From: a virus
DNA: 64,000 nucleotides
IMG/VR virus record: IMGVR_UViG_3300045988_122441
Strand: one strand, 5' to 3'
This document shows positions 26,762 through 34,836 of the stretch, piece by piece. The notes under the pieces are model-generated. The model saw only the letters and a list, made by a program, of their open reading frames with translations, was not told the DNA's origin and ran no database searches. Position numbers and translations under genes: made by a program. Numbering within the stretch: the stretch's first letter is position 1; every line of letters begins with the position of its first letter.

Positions 26762-27186
26762 GAAGATTATTTATTATGAGAAAAGATTTACATATGTCTA
26801 CAGGAAAACTGCTTGCACAGGTAATGCACTGTGCCGAAGCATACTGGACTTCAAAGATTCGTAAGGGTAATTTATACCGAACAAACGATGGACAGTATAT
26901 GGCGCAAATGACAATGCCTGTTGAAGTGTATACAGACTATGTATGCGGATCATTCACAAAGACAGTGTGTGAGGCAAAGAATAAGAACCAGTTGCTTAAA
27001 GCAAAAGCCATTGCAGATGAGTTGGGTCTTGTGGAAGACATTGATTATGGGTGTATTTATGATAACTGCCTTACAGAGCTTGAGCCAGAAGAAGATAACG
27101 GCACAACACTTACTGGCATTTGGTTTTGTCCGTTAGATGATGAGATTGCTCACAAGATCAGTAAAAAATATCAATTATATAAATAG
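26758..27186 (+). CDS. Peptidyl-tRNA hydrolase 2 (Pth2)-like protein
   Basis: 'IMRKDLHMSTGKLLAQVMHCAEAYW' resembles Pth2 'vvRtDL.M..GK.aAQ..HA'. ATGA overlap with the upstream stop supports the start at 26758. Confidence 0.6.
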   Translation: MRRLFIMRKDLHMSTGKLLAQVMHCAEAYWTSKIRKGNLYRTNDGQYMAQMTMPVEVYTDYVCGSFTKTVCEAKNKNQLLKAKAIADELGLVEDIDYGCIYDNCLTELEPEEDNGTTLTGIWFCPLDDEIAHKISKKYQLYK

Positions 27187-27197
27187 GAGAGAAAATA

Positions 27198-27653
27198 ATG
27201 ACAACAGTAAATATGAATGTAAAGAAATTAAATAATGATTCCATCGTACCTACAAAAGGCTCTGAATATGCGGCAGGACTTGATTTATACGCATATATCG
27301 AATCCGGTGCGGTTGATATCCCGGCAGGATCGACAGTAAAAATCGGAACAGGTGTTGCAGCAGAAATTCCAGTAGGATGTTTTGGCGGTGTATTTGCGAG
27401 AAGCGGACTTGCTACAAAACGAGGATTAAGACCATCTAACTGTGTAGGTGTAGTTGATTCTGATTATCGTGGAGAAATCATCGTTGCCGTACATAATGAT
27501 TCGGATAAGTGCGAAACAATTCATCATGGAGATCGTATTGCTCAGTTGGTTATCATGCCGTACATTAGTGTTAGCCTACAGGAAGTTGAAGAGTTATCTG
27601 ATACGGAACGTGGAGCTGGCGGGTTTGGTAGCACAGGAGTTTCGCTGTCATAA
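27198..27653 (+). CDS. dut: dUTP diphosphatase (trimeric dUTPase)
   Basis: 'AGLDLYA', 'RSGLA', 'GVVDSDYRGEI', 'GDRIAQLVI', 'RGAGGFGSTG'. Confidence 0.92.
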   Translation: MTTVNMNVKKLNNDSIVPTKGSEYAAGLDLYAYIESGAVDIPAGSTVKIGTGVAAEIPVGCFGGVFARSGLATKRGLRPSNCVGVVDSDYRGEIIVAVHNDSDKCETIHHGDRIAQLVIMPYISVSLQEVEELSDTERGAGGFGSTGVSLS

Positions 27654-27658
27654 TGCAA

Positions 27659-27687
27659 AGAGGTGGGCGTAAGCCTGCCTCTATTTT
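27659..27687 (+). terminator. Rho-independent terminator after dut
   Basis: 10-bp stem AGAGGTGGGC/GCCTGCCTCT with a GTAA loop, followed by ATTTTAT. Confidence 0.6.
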
Positions 27688-27706
27688 ATAAGGAGATATT
27701 ATACAT

Positions 27707-27895
27707 ATGGAGAAAATATTGATGAGCCTCAAAGAGGTATGTGAGTACACAGGGTGGGGAGAAACAAAGGTCAGAGAGATACTGAAAAGACCTAATAGTA
27801 CGTTTACAGTGATACTTGGAAATAGACTGTATGTTAATAAGAAGAAATTCGATGAATACTTAGATAGATGCGCGAAATACCATATCCCTGTGTAA
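27707..27895 (+). CDS. xis: Excisionase-like helix-turn-helix protein
   Basis: 62 aa. 'LSLKEVCEYTGWGETKVREIL' is an HTH. Directly upstream of int. Confidence 0.6.
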   Translation: MEKILMSLKEVCEYTGWGETKVREILKRPNSTFTVILGNRLYVNKKKFDEYLDRCAKYHIPV

Positions 27896-27981
27896 AAGTT
27901 TGCAGTTGTATTTTTGCGTAAAATAGTGTAATGTATATGTGTAAGTTGATGCTGTAGTCAATATAGAAAGGAATATTGATT

Positions 27982-29178
27982 ATGGGAAGAGACTTAAATG
28001 GTAAAGAACTGGGCAGAGGATTTAGTCAGAGAAAGGACGGTAGATACGAAGCCAGAGCCGTTATATGCGGCACAAAAATAGATATTTATGACATGAATCT
28101 AGCAAAGCTGAAAAAGGAATTTGAAGCTGAGAAAGCTAGAGTGTTACGAGACGAAAAGAATGTAAGACCTAACGTCACGTTTGGAGAGTGGTATCAGGAA
28201 TGGTTTGAAAAGTGTAAATCACCTCAGTTAAAATCTGATGTAAGCAGAAAGACGTATGACAGAAAAGTAAGAAATACCTACTGTAAAATTCTCGGAGAGA
28301 AACGAATGGAAAATATCTCTCAGATGAATATGCAGGCTGCTACAACAGAGTTGATTGAGAAAGGATATACAGACCGTTCTGTAAGAGAAGCTCTCGGAAT
28401 TGTGAACGAATGTATGGAGATTGCTATTGTAAACCACATCATCAATGTAAATCCATGCGTAGGAATTAAAATCCAGAATGCAAACGAGCGTAAAGAAAGA
28501 AGAGTTATGAAGCAGTGGGAACAGGACTTATTCTTGAACGAGGTCAAGGATAGATATTACTACGAAGCGTACAAGATTCTTCTTCTAACTGGAATGAGAA
28601 TCGGAGAGTTCTCTGGGTTGCAATGGCGAGATGTTGACTTCGAGAATAAAGTCATCAATATTAATAGATCCATGCAGACCGCATATATTGACGGAAGAAA
28701 GATCGAGGAACTTACTACACCGAAAACAGCCAACTCATACAGAGCAATCCCGTTCTTTGGAGAAACAGAAGCTTGTTTGAAGAGCTGGAAGAAGAAGCAG
28801 GACGAGTATAAGAAACGTCTGGGTGACAGATGGAGAGCAAGACCTGAGTTAGGCGATCTTGTTTTTACAAGCACTGTAGGCTCGCCTGTGACTCGATATG
28901 TCATTGTACATGACATAGACAAAGTAGTCCAGAACATCAATCTCAAAGAGATGACAAAGGCATTCAGAGAGCACAGAGAGCCAGTGATGTTTGAACACTT
29001 ACATCCACATGCTTTTCGCCACACATTTGCAACACGTTGTTTTGAAAAAGGGCTTGACCCATTGTTTGTACAGAGTATAATGGGACATGCCAATTATGCA
29101 ACTACGGTGTCATATACACATATATTAGACGATTTGCGTCAGAAAGAGGTGCAGAAGGTTGGTAACTTCTTAGAGTAA
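27982..29178 (+). CDS. int: Tyrosine integrase
   Basis: 'LLLTGMRIGEFSGLQWRDVDF' and 'HPHAFRHTFATRCF...GHANYATTVSYTH' supply the R..HxxR..Y residues. ATG at 27982 lies 2 codons inside the track TTG. Confidence 0.92.
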   Translation: MGRDLNGKELGRGFSQRKDGRYEARAVICGTKIDIYDMNLAKLKKEFEAEKARVLRDEKNVRPNVTFGEWYQEWFEKCKSPQLKSDVSRKTYDRKVRNTYCKILGEKRMENISQMNMQAATTELIEKGYTDRSVREALGIVNECMEIAIVNHIINVNPCVGIKIQNANERKERRVMKQWEQDLFLNEVKDRYYYEAYKILLLTGMRIGEFSGLQWRDVDFENKVININRSMQTAYIDGRKIEELTTPKTANSYRAIPFFGETEACLKSWKKKQDEYKKRLGDRWRARPELGDLVFTSTVGSPVTRYVIVHDIDKVVQNINLKEMTKAFREHREPVMFEHLHPHAFRHTFATRCFEKGLDPLFVQSIMGHANYATTVSYTHILDDLRQKEVQKVGNFLE

Positions 29179-29582
29179 GAGAGTTGCGTAAACCTTACAT
29201 TGCGTCGAGATTGAAGAATCCGCGATACAGTAAGCTCGAAAAGAGTTGCGTAAAAGTTGCGTAGATAGCAGAATTTAATCTCCGTAAGCCCTTGAAATAC
29301 AAGGAGTTAAGAAAATACTTCGCAATTCAGATGGGAATGTAAGTACCTCAGCAAACTAAATCGTATAAGCCTTATAATTACTTGAAATTCAATGACTTGC
29401 AGAAGGCTTGTGTCTAATATGTGGTTTGAGTAACTATCATAAAGTATCGTATTTTAAGGAAAAATATCATATGGTTTTGCGTCAAAGTTGAGTAGCGAAT
29501 TGCGTAAGATAAATTTTGATTATCTTCAGCGAAGTTTACGCAAAATGATGGGTTACAGTATCAATTTACACATATACATTAC
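29179..29582. other. attP region with arm-type repeats
   Basis: ORF-free 0.5 kb next to int. TTGCGTAA/TTGCGT(C/A)(G/A) copies at 29184, 29200, 29246, 29257, 29477 and 29500. A degenerate copy (TTGAGTAG) at 29488, an inverted copy at 29536-29543, and one more at 27914 upstream of int. Confidence 0.6.
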
Positions 29583-29613
29583 GGGGTGGGTGAAAGCCTG
29601 CCCCTTTCTTTTT
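29583..29613 (+). terminator. Rho-independent terminator (+)
   Basis: GGGGTGGG/CCTGCCCC stem followed by TTTCTTTTT. The sequence is related to the 27659 terminator. Confidence 0.55.
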
Positions 29614-29654
29614 GAGAAAAAGAAGGCAGACTGGTAAATCAAACCAGTCTGCCT
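29611..29654 (-). terminator. Terminator of the minus-strand late operon (bidirectional hairpin)
   Basis: 12-bp stem AGGCAGACTGGT/ACCAGTCTGCCT (29624-29654). On the minus strand it is followed by TTCTTTTTCTC. Confidence 0.7.
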
Positions 29655-29687
29655 ATATTTATATACACACTCACAATTTGTTACATA

Positions 29688-29972
29688 TTACTTTTCTGCT
29701 CTTAACAGCGTCACGTCGATATCGGAAGTATCGGTATCAGCGTCTGTGTTAGTGTATGCAGTAGCGTCAATCGTATAGTCAACGACTCTTACGATAATGA
29801 AGTCGCTTTTAGCATACCCCTCTTCATTGAGCATCTTTTCAACTCTTTTATCCAAAGCTTCTTTGGAACCGAGTTCAAGCGGAATTACCTCACCGTCAAT
29901 ATTTGTTGTCAAATATTTATACAGCGTTTCGTAGTTATCACGCTTAGCCTGAGCAATCATAATTCTATACAT
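29688..29972 (-). CDS. Hypothetical acidic protein (last gene of late operon)
   Basis: ATG at 29972 lies 9 nt after GGAGG; the track TTG at 29978 is too close to the SD. Confidence 0.5.
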   Translation of the reverse strand: MYRIMIAQAKRDNYETLYKYLTTNIDGEVIPLELGSKEALDKRVEKMLNEEGYAKSDFIIVRVVDYTIDATAYTNTDADTDTSDIDVTLLRAEK

Positions 29973-29989
29973 TCTCAAGCACCTCCTGT

Positions 29990-30505
29990 TTAATGCTTTG
30001 TCTTAGCTTTTGCGTTCTTCACGTATGTAGCAGTACCGTCAAATTTGTGCTTATACTGTTCCGGCGGCTGTTTCGGCAATGCACGTATTTCGTCCATAAG
30101 ACCTTCCACGAATGAGTTGCCATGCTCATGCTGATAGATTAAGAATCTACGCTCTAAGCATTCCATAGAGTAGTCATCAATCCAGCCCTGCTCATATACA
30201 AAGAAATGATGACGTTCTGTTACATAAGCTTTGATACTTTCCTTGTCAGACTCAATCAGCATAGTAATACTATCATTGATCTTGTCTACAGAATCATTTG
30301 TATCTTCCTTAGCTTCCTTCAGCTCGTCTACATCTTCTTTAATCGTGTCAATCTCTTCTCGTTCGTCATGGTCTTTATCATAGTATTTGCGGACACGATC
30401 ACAAGCCCAGTCGATAAAAGACACTACTCCCTTAACAGCAAGACACAGAATTACTGTGTACATGATAATATCTGTGGGAGAATAGTTTGTAAGTAATTTT
30501 TCCAT
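29990..30505 (-). CDS. Membrane-anchored coiled-coil protein (BhlA/holin-like N-terminus)
   Basis: Single TM 'IIMYTVILCLAVKGVVSFI' followed by an acidic coiled coil. The ATG at 30505 has a GGAGGG SD. Confidence 0.45.
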   Translation of the reverse strand: MEKLLTNYSPTDIIMYTVILCLAVKGVVSFIDWACDRVRKYYDKDHDEREEIDTIKEDVDELKEAKEDTNDSVDKINDSITMLIESDKESIKAYVTERHHFFVYEQGWIDDYSMECLERRFLIYQHEHGNSFVEGLMDEIRALPKQPPEQYKHKFDGTATYVKNAKAKTKH

Positions 30506-30530
30506 ATTTCCCTCCAAAAGTTACATGCCG

Positions 30531-30559
30531 GAAATATGCAAGGGCGGAATGACCCGCCC
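30531..30559 (-). terminator. Hairpin/weak terminator after the endolysin gene
   Basis: GGGCGG/CCGCCC stem (30542-30559) 10 nt after the stop. On the minus strand it is followed by TTGCATATTT. Confidence 0.4.
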
Positions 30560-30568
30560 GAACATAGA

Positions 30569-32167
30569 TTACAGTTTTACGCAGTAATCAAGAGAAATCC
30601 ATCCGGCTCCGGATTTCAGTTTTCCCCAGCCCTTAGTAGAGCCAGTTCCTGCTTTTTCCTCAACAATAGTGAAAGTTCCCTTTCCGGTGTATTTACCAGT
30701 AATAGGATAGTTTGTGCCAGCTCCAGAACGAATTCTGAGATCACTTGCGTCAACACGAACTTTGTACGGTACGTTGCTTGCAGCTGGTTTTGAGGAGGAA
30801 CCAGATACGGTGGAACCAATCGTACAATAAGACGCATTTGCAAGGTAAATCCAGCCAGCACCAGACTTCAGTTTTCCCCATCCGTTGCTGAGAGCGGTAA
30901 TTGTGAATACACCCTTGCCAGTCTGACCAACAATATCGCCGTTCGGTGTTTTTCTGATGTTCAAATCAGATACCAGAACATTGACTGTGAACGGAGTGTT
31001 CGGGAAGTTGGTGTTTGTCTTTGACGGGGTAGTAGTGCTTGTAGAACCAGAAGAGCTTCCTCCGGTAGATGTAGAGCCGCTTCCCAGCAATGCATTGATA
31101 CGATTTGCTAAATCACCGTATCTTGAATATAGCCAGTTACCAGGGCAACTCTTGTTCGCAAAGAAGCGATGAGCAGTCAGAACCATCTCATTGCTCTTTG
31201 GTTCGTATGCCAGAGCTGCTTCCTTACTGCCTTTCCAAACTACTTTGGTTTTGCCGTTTCTACGACAGATATCAGCGCAAAGCTTAATCAGTTTTTCGTA
31301 AACGACATCGTTCATTTCGTAAGGTTCTTTCATACCGCTTGCACACTCAATGGTGATTGCTCGCTGGTCGTTTGCATTACTGGATGAACACCAGCTACGA
31401 TTAGCCTCGTCCACGCATAACACAACTCGTCCATCTTTACCGATACCATAGTTACAGCTTGCCTGTACGGAAGAACTTGTAAAGCAGCTGCCGATAGATT
31501 CAGCGGAGAGCTGTCCAACAACGCAATGCGGTGTTAATCTGTCGATTGAGTGAGTACGTCTGCCGCTGTGGTTAGGACTCTTTACCACACAATCTACAAG
31601 TGAACTGTTTGTGTAACCCATAGTCGTACCTCCTTCTGTCTGAGTTGTTTTTGAAGCAAATTTGTCGTAATATACCTGACCGTAGGATGCTCTGCGGCTC
31701 TGTACAGCAGAACTCTGGTCAGCAGGACGCTCATACTTTAAGAGCACAGCATTTGATGCCTGCAGAACGGAAGTAGCACTACGCAGTTCAGAGAGAACAG
31801 TACCGTAGTTTTCACTCAGTTCCTTGTACATGAACTCAAGCTGCATCTCCAGATCACCAATAGATGTACCTTTAGACTGACAGAATGCAAGTAATGCCTG
31901 CTTTCTGCTCCAATAAGTCCACTGGCACAAACCATAGCCAGCACTGTCTCGTACAAAATTCTTGTATGATCCGTTATCGACTGCTGCCGTATAAGCCGCA
32001 TCGGTATATCCGAGTTTCTTTTCAAATGAATTTTGCAGGTTGGTAGGGACTAATCCGCTTTCTGCGTAGATGTTTCCCATGAGACCTGCGGCTCCGTATT
32101 TGCTCATTCCCTTGCCAATACAAAAGTTCCAGATGCGTTCTTCATTTGTCGTTCCTGTTAATGCCAT
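30569..32167 (-). CDS. Multidomain endolysin: lysozyme-like N-domain + N-acetylmuramoyl-L-alanine amidase + 2x SH3b
   Basis: 'AAGLMGNIYAESGL..GYGLCQWTYW' is the lysozyme-like domain. 'ASCNYGIGKDGRVVLCVDEANRSW...NDQRAITIECA' fits the Amidase_2 pattern. 'GWGKLKSGAGWI' occurs twice in SH3b-like repeats. Confidence 0.85.
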   Translation of the reverse strand: MALTGTTNEERIWNFCIGKGMSKYGAAGLMGNIYAESGLVPTNLQNSFEKKLGYTDAAYTAAVDNGSYKNFVRDSAGYGLCQWTYWSRKQALLAFCQSKGTSIGDLEMQLEFMYKELSENYGTVLSELRSATSVLQASNAVLLKYERPADQSSAVQSRRASYGQVYYDKFASKTTQTEGGTTMGYTNSSLVDCVVKSPNHSGRRTHSIDRLTPHCVVGQLSAESIGSCFTSSSVQASCNYGIGKDGRVVLCVDEANRSWCSSSNANDQRAITIECASGMKEPYEMNDVVYEKLIKLCADICRRNGKTKVVWKGSKEAALAYEPKSNEMVLTAHRFFANKSCPGNWLYSRYGDLANRINALLGSGSTSTGGSSSGSTSTTTPSKTNTNFPNTPFTVNVLVSDLNIRKTPNGDIVGQTGKGVFTITALSNGWGKLKSGAGWIYLANASYCTIGSTVSGSSSKPAASNVPYKVRVDASDLRIRSGAGTNYPITGKYTGKGTFTIVEEKAGTGSTKGWGKLKSGAGWISLDYCVKL

Positions 32168-32186
32168 AGAGAAATCAATCCCCTTT

Positions 32187-32209
32187 CGTAAATAATTTAA
32201 TTAGCATGA
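32187..32209 (-). promoter_or_regulatory. Copy 4 of the conserved 23-nt motif
   Basis: Minus-strand reading TCATGCTAATTAAATTATTTACG, just upstream of the endolysin SD. Confidence 0.45.
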
Positions 32210-32232
32210 CTGTCTAACAAGAAAGACGGGCT

Positions 32233-32628
32233 TTAATTCCCGTCCTTGCTAGTAGCTGCTGTATTTGTTTTTACAATTTCACGCAGAGTATCCAATGCAG
32301 AATCAATCTGCTCGTCAATCCATTCAATCAGAGCTTTCTGATCTACGACTTTAGAGAGAATAGGATATTCCTCATAGATCTGCTTGATTACCTGAGCACG
32401 TTTGATAGAGCCTGCTTCGCTCCATTCCTGCCAGTCAACCTCTGCATCACTAATCATTTTCAGAATAGTTGTCTGAATCTGTTTCTTAGCGATTTCAATC
32501 TTTTCATCCTGGCTCTTAGACATATAATCCTGAGTTTTCTTCACGATGCCGATGACAAGACCGATGCATACGAGAATGCTTGTCCAGTTATCGTTCAGGA
32601 GCTGTAAAAATTTCTGTAATCCTTCCAT
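32233..32628 (-). CDS. Holin, LL-H-family-like
   Basis: N-terminal TM 'WTSILVCIGLVIGIV' followed by a helical cytoplasmic tail. Directly upstream of the endolysin. Confidence 0.6.
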   Translation of the reverse strand: MEGLQKFLQLLNDNWTSILVCIGLVIGIVKKTQDYMSKSQDEKIEIAKKQIQTTILKMISDAEVDWQEWSEAGSIKRAQVIKQIYEEYPILSKVVDQKALIEWIDEQIDSALDTLREIVKTNTAATSKDGN

Positions 32629-32634
32629 AATCTG

Positions 32635-33021
32635 TTACCCCTTTCCTGATTCTGAATTGCTTGTTATTTCCTGTTCTTTCATAGCAGTCTCATAGACTAT
32701 TCCACCTTCTGTGTTCTCAGCCTTTGACTTGCTGTAATATCCGAAGATAACAGGTGCGAGAGAAGCTACAATACCGAGCAGGGCATAAGCCTGAGATAAA
32801 TCGCAGAGTCTGTGTGATTCATACATGAACCAGATAGCGATGCAGAAAACAAGAATAACCATAGCCCAGAGAACAAGCTTACTGTTGGAGATACTTCTGG
32901 ACTTCTTCTGCCGACCTTTTGCTCGCTCAGCCTTGAGCTTTCTAAGGCGTGCCTTGCTTTCATTCTCATGCTTGATACGCAGCATCTCAGCGTTATATTC
33001 TTTTTCACTGATATATCTCAT
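32635..33021 (-). CDS. Membrane protein (two TM helices), possible holin/antiholin partner
   Basis: 'LVLWAMVILVFCIAIWFM' and 'ALLGIVASLAPVIFGYY'. Basic N-terminus. Confidence 0.45.
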   Translation of the reverse strand: MRYISEKEYNAEMLRIKHENESKARLRKLKAERAKGRQKKSRSISNSKLVLWAMVILVFCIAIWFMYESHRLCDLSQAYALLGIVASLAPVIFGYYSKSKAENTEGGIVYETAMKEQEITSNSESGKG

Positions 33022-33042
33022 TGTTTCACCACCTTTGCGGCA

Positions 33043-33083
33043 CTATATATAGAGAAAGAAATGATGATGAAAACTATATATAG
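33043..33083. repeat. Pair of identical 10-bp palindromes CTATATATAG
   Basis: Copies at 33043-33052 and 33074-33083, 31 bp apart, in the 100-nt gap upstream of the lysis cassette. Confidence 0.6.
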
Positions 33084-33121
33084 CATCTTAGCGTTTATAA
33101 AACGTGAATTTGATATGCATA

Positions 33122-33481
33122 TTACTTTTCATCCGTATAGTAAATAGCTGCTGGTTTGATTGCAGTATCTGTTGCAACATACATATCCGAATCATTTATC
33201 AGCATTCGCCTAAATACGGTGTATAAAAATGTTTCATCAATACCCGGCTGAGCAATAATCTTGTTTGCTCTTATGCCACGAGCTGCATCACTTGCATAGG
33301 CAAACCGAATCGTTGTCCCGTCTACCAGTTCAATCCAGCAGCCGCAACGTGACTTAATCATTTTGTTAATCATGTCATGCGGGTATGAGTCCAAAACCTT
33401 ACTGAACATCTCATCTCTCCATTCAATGTCATGATATACAATCAAAATTCGTTGTCTTAATATTGTAGATAAATCGTTCAT
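33122..33481 (-). CDS. Hypothetical protein
   Basis: 119-aa ORF. ATGA-type overlap with the upstream gene. Confidence 0.5.
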   Translation of the reverse strand: MNDLSTILRQRILIVYHDIEWRDEMFSKVLDSYPHDMINKMIKSRCGCWIELVDGTTIRFAYASDAARGIRANKIIAQPGIDETFLYTVFRRMLINDSDMYVATDTAIKPAAIYYTDEK

Positions 33482-33921
33482 TTCTTCTCCTTAAATTTCC
33501 ATCGATAATACGGCTTTTCTTCTCCAAAAAACCAGTAGCGTTCATAGTCATCAATCACAATCGCACACGCGGATAGTAATACCCACAACAGAGAGAACGG
33601 CAGACAAATCTGACCAAGAATATTAAATGGCATATTTGAATAATCCCAGATGCCAAGTCCGAGCCACAAATTCAATATGCATCCAGATATGAATTCTCCA
33701 GTTGTTACAATGCACGATCCAATGATTGCTTGCAGCCAAATTGGTGTATCCATTGATAAGACTTCATTAATAAGTCCAATGCATACGCCGCATACACCTG
33801 CAAGAATGAACATACTGATATGGCTATATCCCCTCCACACGATTTCAATCACGTAGTAAATAGACCCCATCACAGTAAACAGCGACAGATATTTAAGGCA
33901 TAATGATAGAGCCTTTTTCAT
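33478..33921 (-). CDS. Polytopic membrane protein (DUF1113 / 'ABC-transporter type IV'-like)
   Basis: Four hydrophobic helices. 'YYVIEIVWRGYSHISMF' resembles that family. Confidence 0.5.
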   Translation of the reverse strand: MKKALSLCLKYLSLFTVMGSIYYVIEIVWRGYSHISMFILAGVCGVCIGLINEVLSMDTPIWLQAIIGSCIVTTGEFISGCILNLWLGLGIWDYSNMPFNILGQICLPFSLLWVLLSACAIVIDDYERYWFFGEEKPYYRWKFKEKK

Positions 33922-33967
33922 CGTACAACCTCCGTATGTATGCAGAGAGCCGGATAAACCGACTCAG

Positions 33968-33990
33968 TGCATATTATTTAATTAGCTTGA
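33968..33990 (-). promoter_or_regulatory. Copy 5 of the conserved 23-nt motif (two 3' mismatches)
   Basis: Minus-strand reading TCAAGCTAATTAAATAATATGCA, 46 nt upstream of the 33921 start. Confidence 0.4.
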
Positions 33991-33994
33991 CACA

Positions 33995-34549
33995 TTAAGC
34001 CTCTGCGTTTGCCTGAGAATACAGCATCTTCAGAACTTCAGACTGATAAGCCTCCGGAATGTCAACGCCGTACTCCACAGCACAAACATCATTGATATCA
34101 GTCATGCTCTCGATATAGTCTCTCAGAGAGTTAAAGTATGTAGTCTGGAATTCAATGCAGTTCTCCATTGCTGTATTCAGAGCCACTACCTCATCCTTTG
34201 TGTAGAATTTACAAGACTCGCCATCTGCATGATACGGGAGAACCGTGATGCCAGCATTGGCTCTGTCATTCAGCTTAGAAATTTTCAGCTGGTCTGCAAC
34301 TTCAAGACTGAAGTGATGAGATTTCTTGTCAGACAGGGTGATGTCAAATCCCTGTGTGATAACTTCATTGCAGGCAACGCTCATCTCTGCAATCTTTGCA
34401 GCTTTTACATCGTCAATGTTATCGTTTGTTACAACACCGGATTTGATAAGCTGCTCCATAACAGCGCCCTTGATTTTATCTGGCACTGCATCGAATTCCT
34501 TTTCACCATTGTAAACAAGGTCTGTCCAAAAATTGATTAACTGAATCAT
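33995..34549 (-). CDS. Tail-fibre-associated protein (DUF4376-like)
   Basis: The region 'KAAKIAEMSVACNEVITQGFDI...HHFSLEVADQLKISKL' resembles the DUF4376 pattern. Lies downstream of the fibre/DGR genes. Confidence 0.4.
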   Translation of the reverse strand: MIQLINFWTDLVYNGEKEFDAVPDKIKGAVMEQLIKSGVVTNDNIDDVKAAKIAEMSVACNEVITQGFDITLSDKKSHHFSLEVADQLKISKLNDRANAGITVLPYHADGESCKFYTKDEVVALNTAMENCIEFQTTYFNSLRDYIESMTDINDVCAVEYGVDIPEAYQSEVLKMLYSQANAEA

Positions 34550-34563
34550 ATAACACCCTCCTC

Positions 34564-34836
34564 TTAAATTAATGCGCTCAGCTCAATAATGCACTGTTTC
34601 ATTTTTTCTGCTTCTGTCATTTCGCGGATAATGAATCTAGTATGACCATCCTCGCTCCAAATGTTTGTACAGGTCATATCCTTATAATCAACACCGCCAA
34701 TATTTACACTGGATAAATTGGCATCAGACAGAATCTCAATATTAACTTCATCATCTGTGATGTAGTTGTTGCCATTCAGTGTAGCGTGAATCTCTGTTCC
34801 GTTTGCGAGGATAATATTGTAAATAGTATTTTCCAT
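34564..34836 (-). CDS. Hypothetical protein
   Basis: 90 aa. GGAGG lies 8 nt upstream. Its start sits inside the last 86 nt of the RT ORF. Confidence 0.5.
   Translation of the reverse strand: MENTIYNIILANGTEIHATLNGNNYITDDEVNIEILSDANLSSVNIGGVDYKDMTCTNIWSEDGHTRFIIREMTEAEKMKQCIIELSALI

Noticed and set aside
29184-29543. Short repeats as a mini-CRISPR array
   Set aside because: The repeats are only about 8 bp, irregularly spaced and in both orientations, next to an integrase. This is typical of attP arm-type sites.
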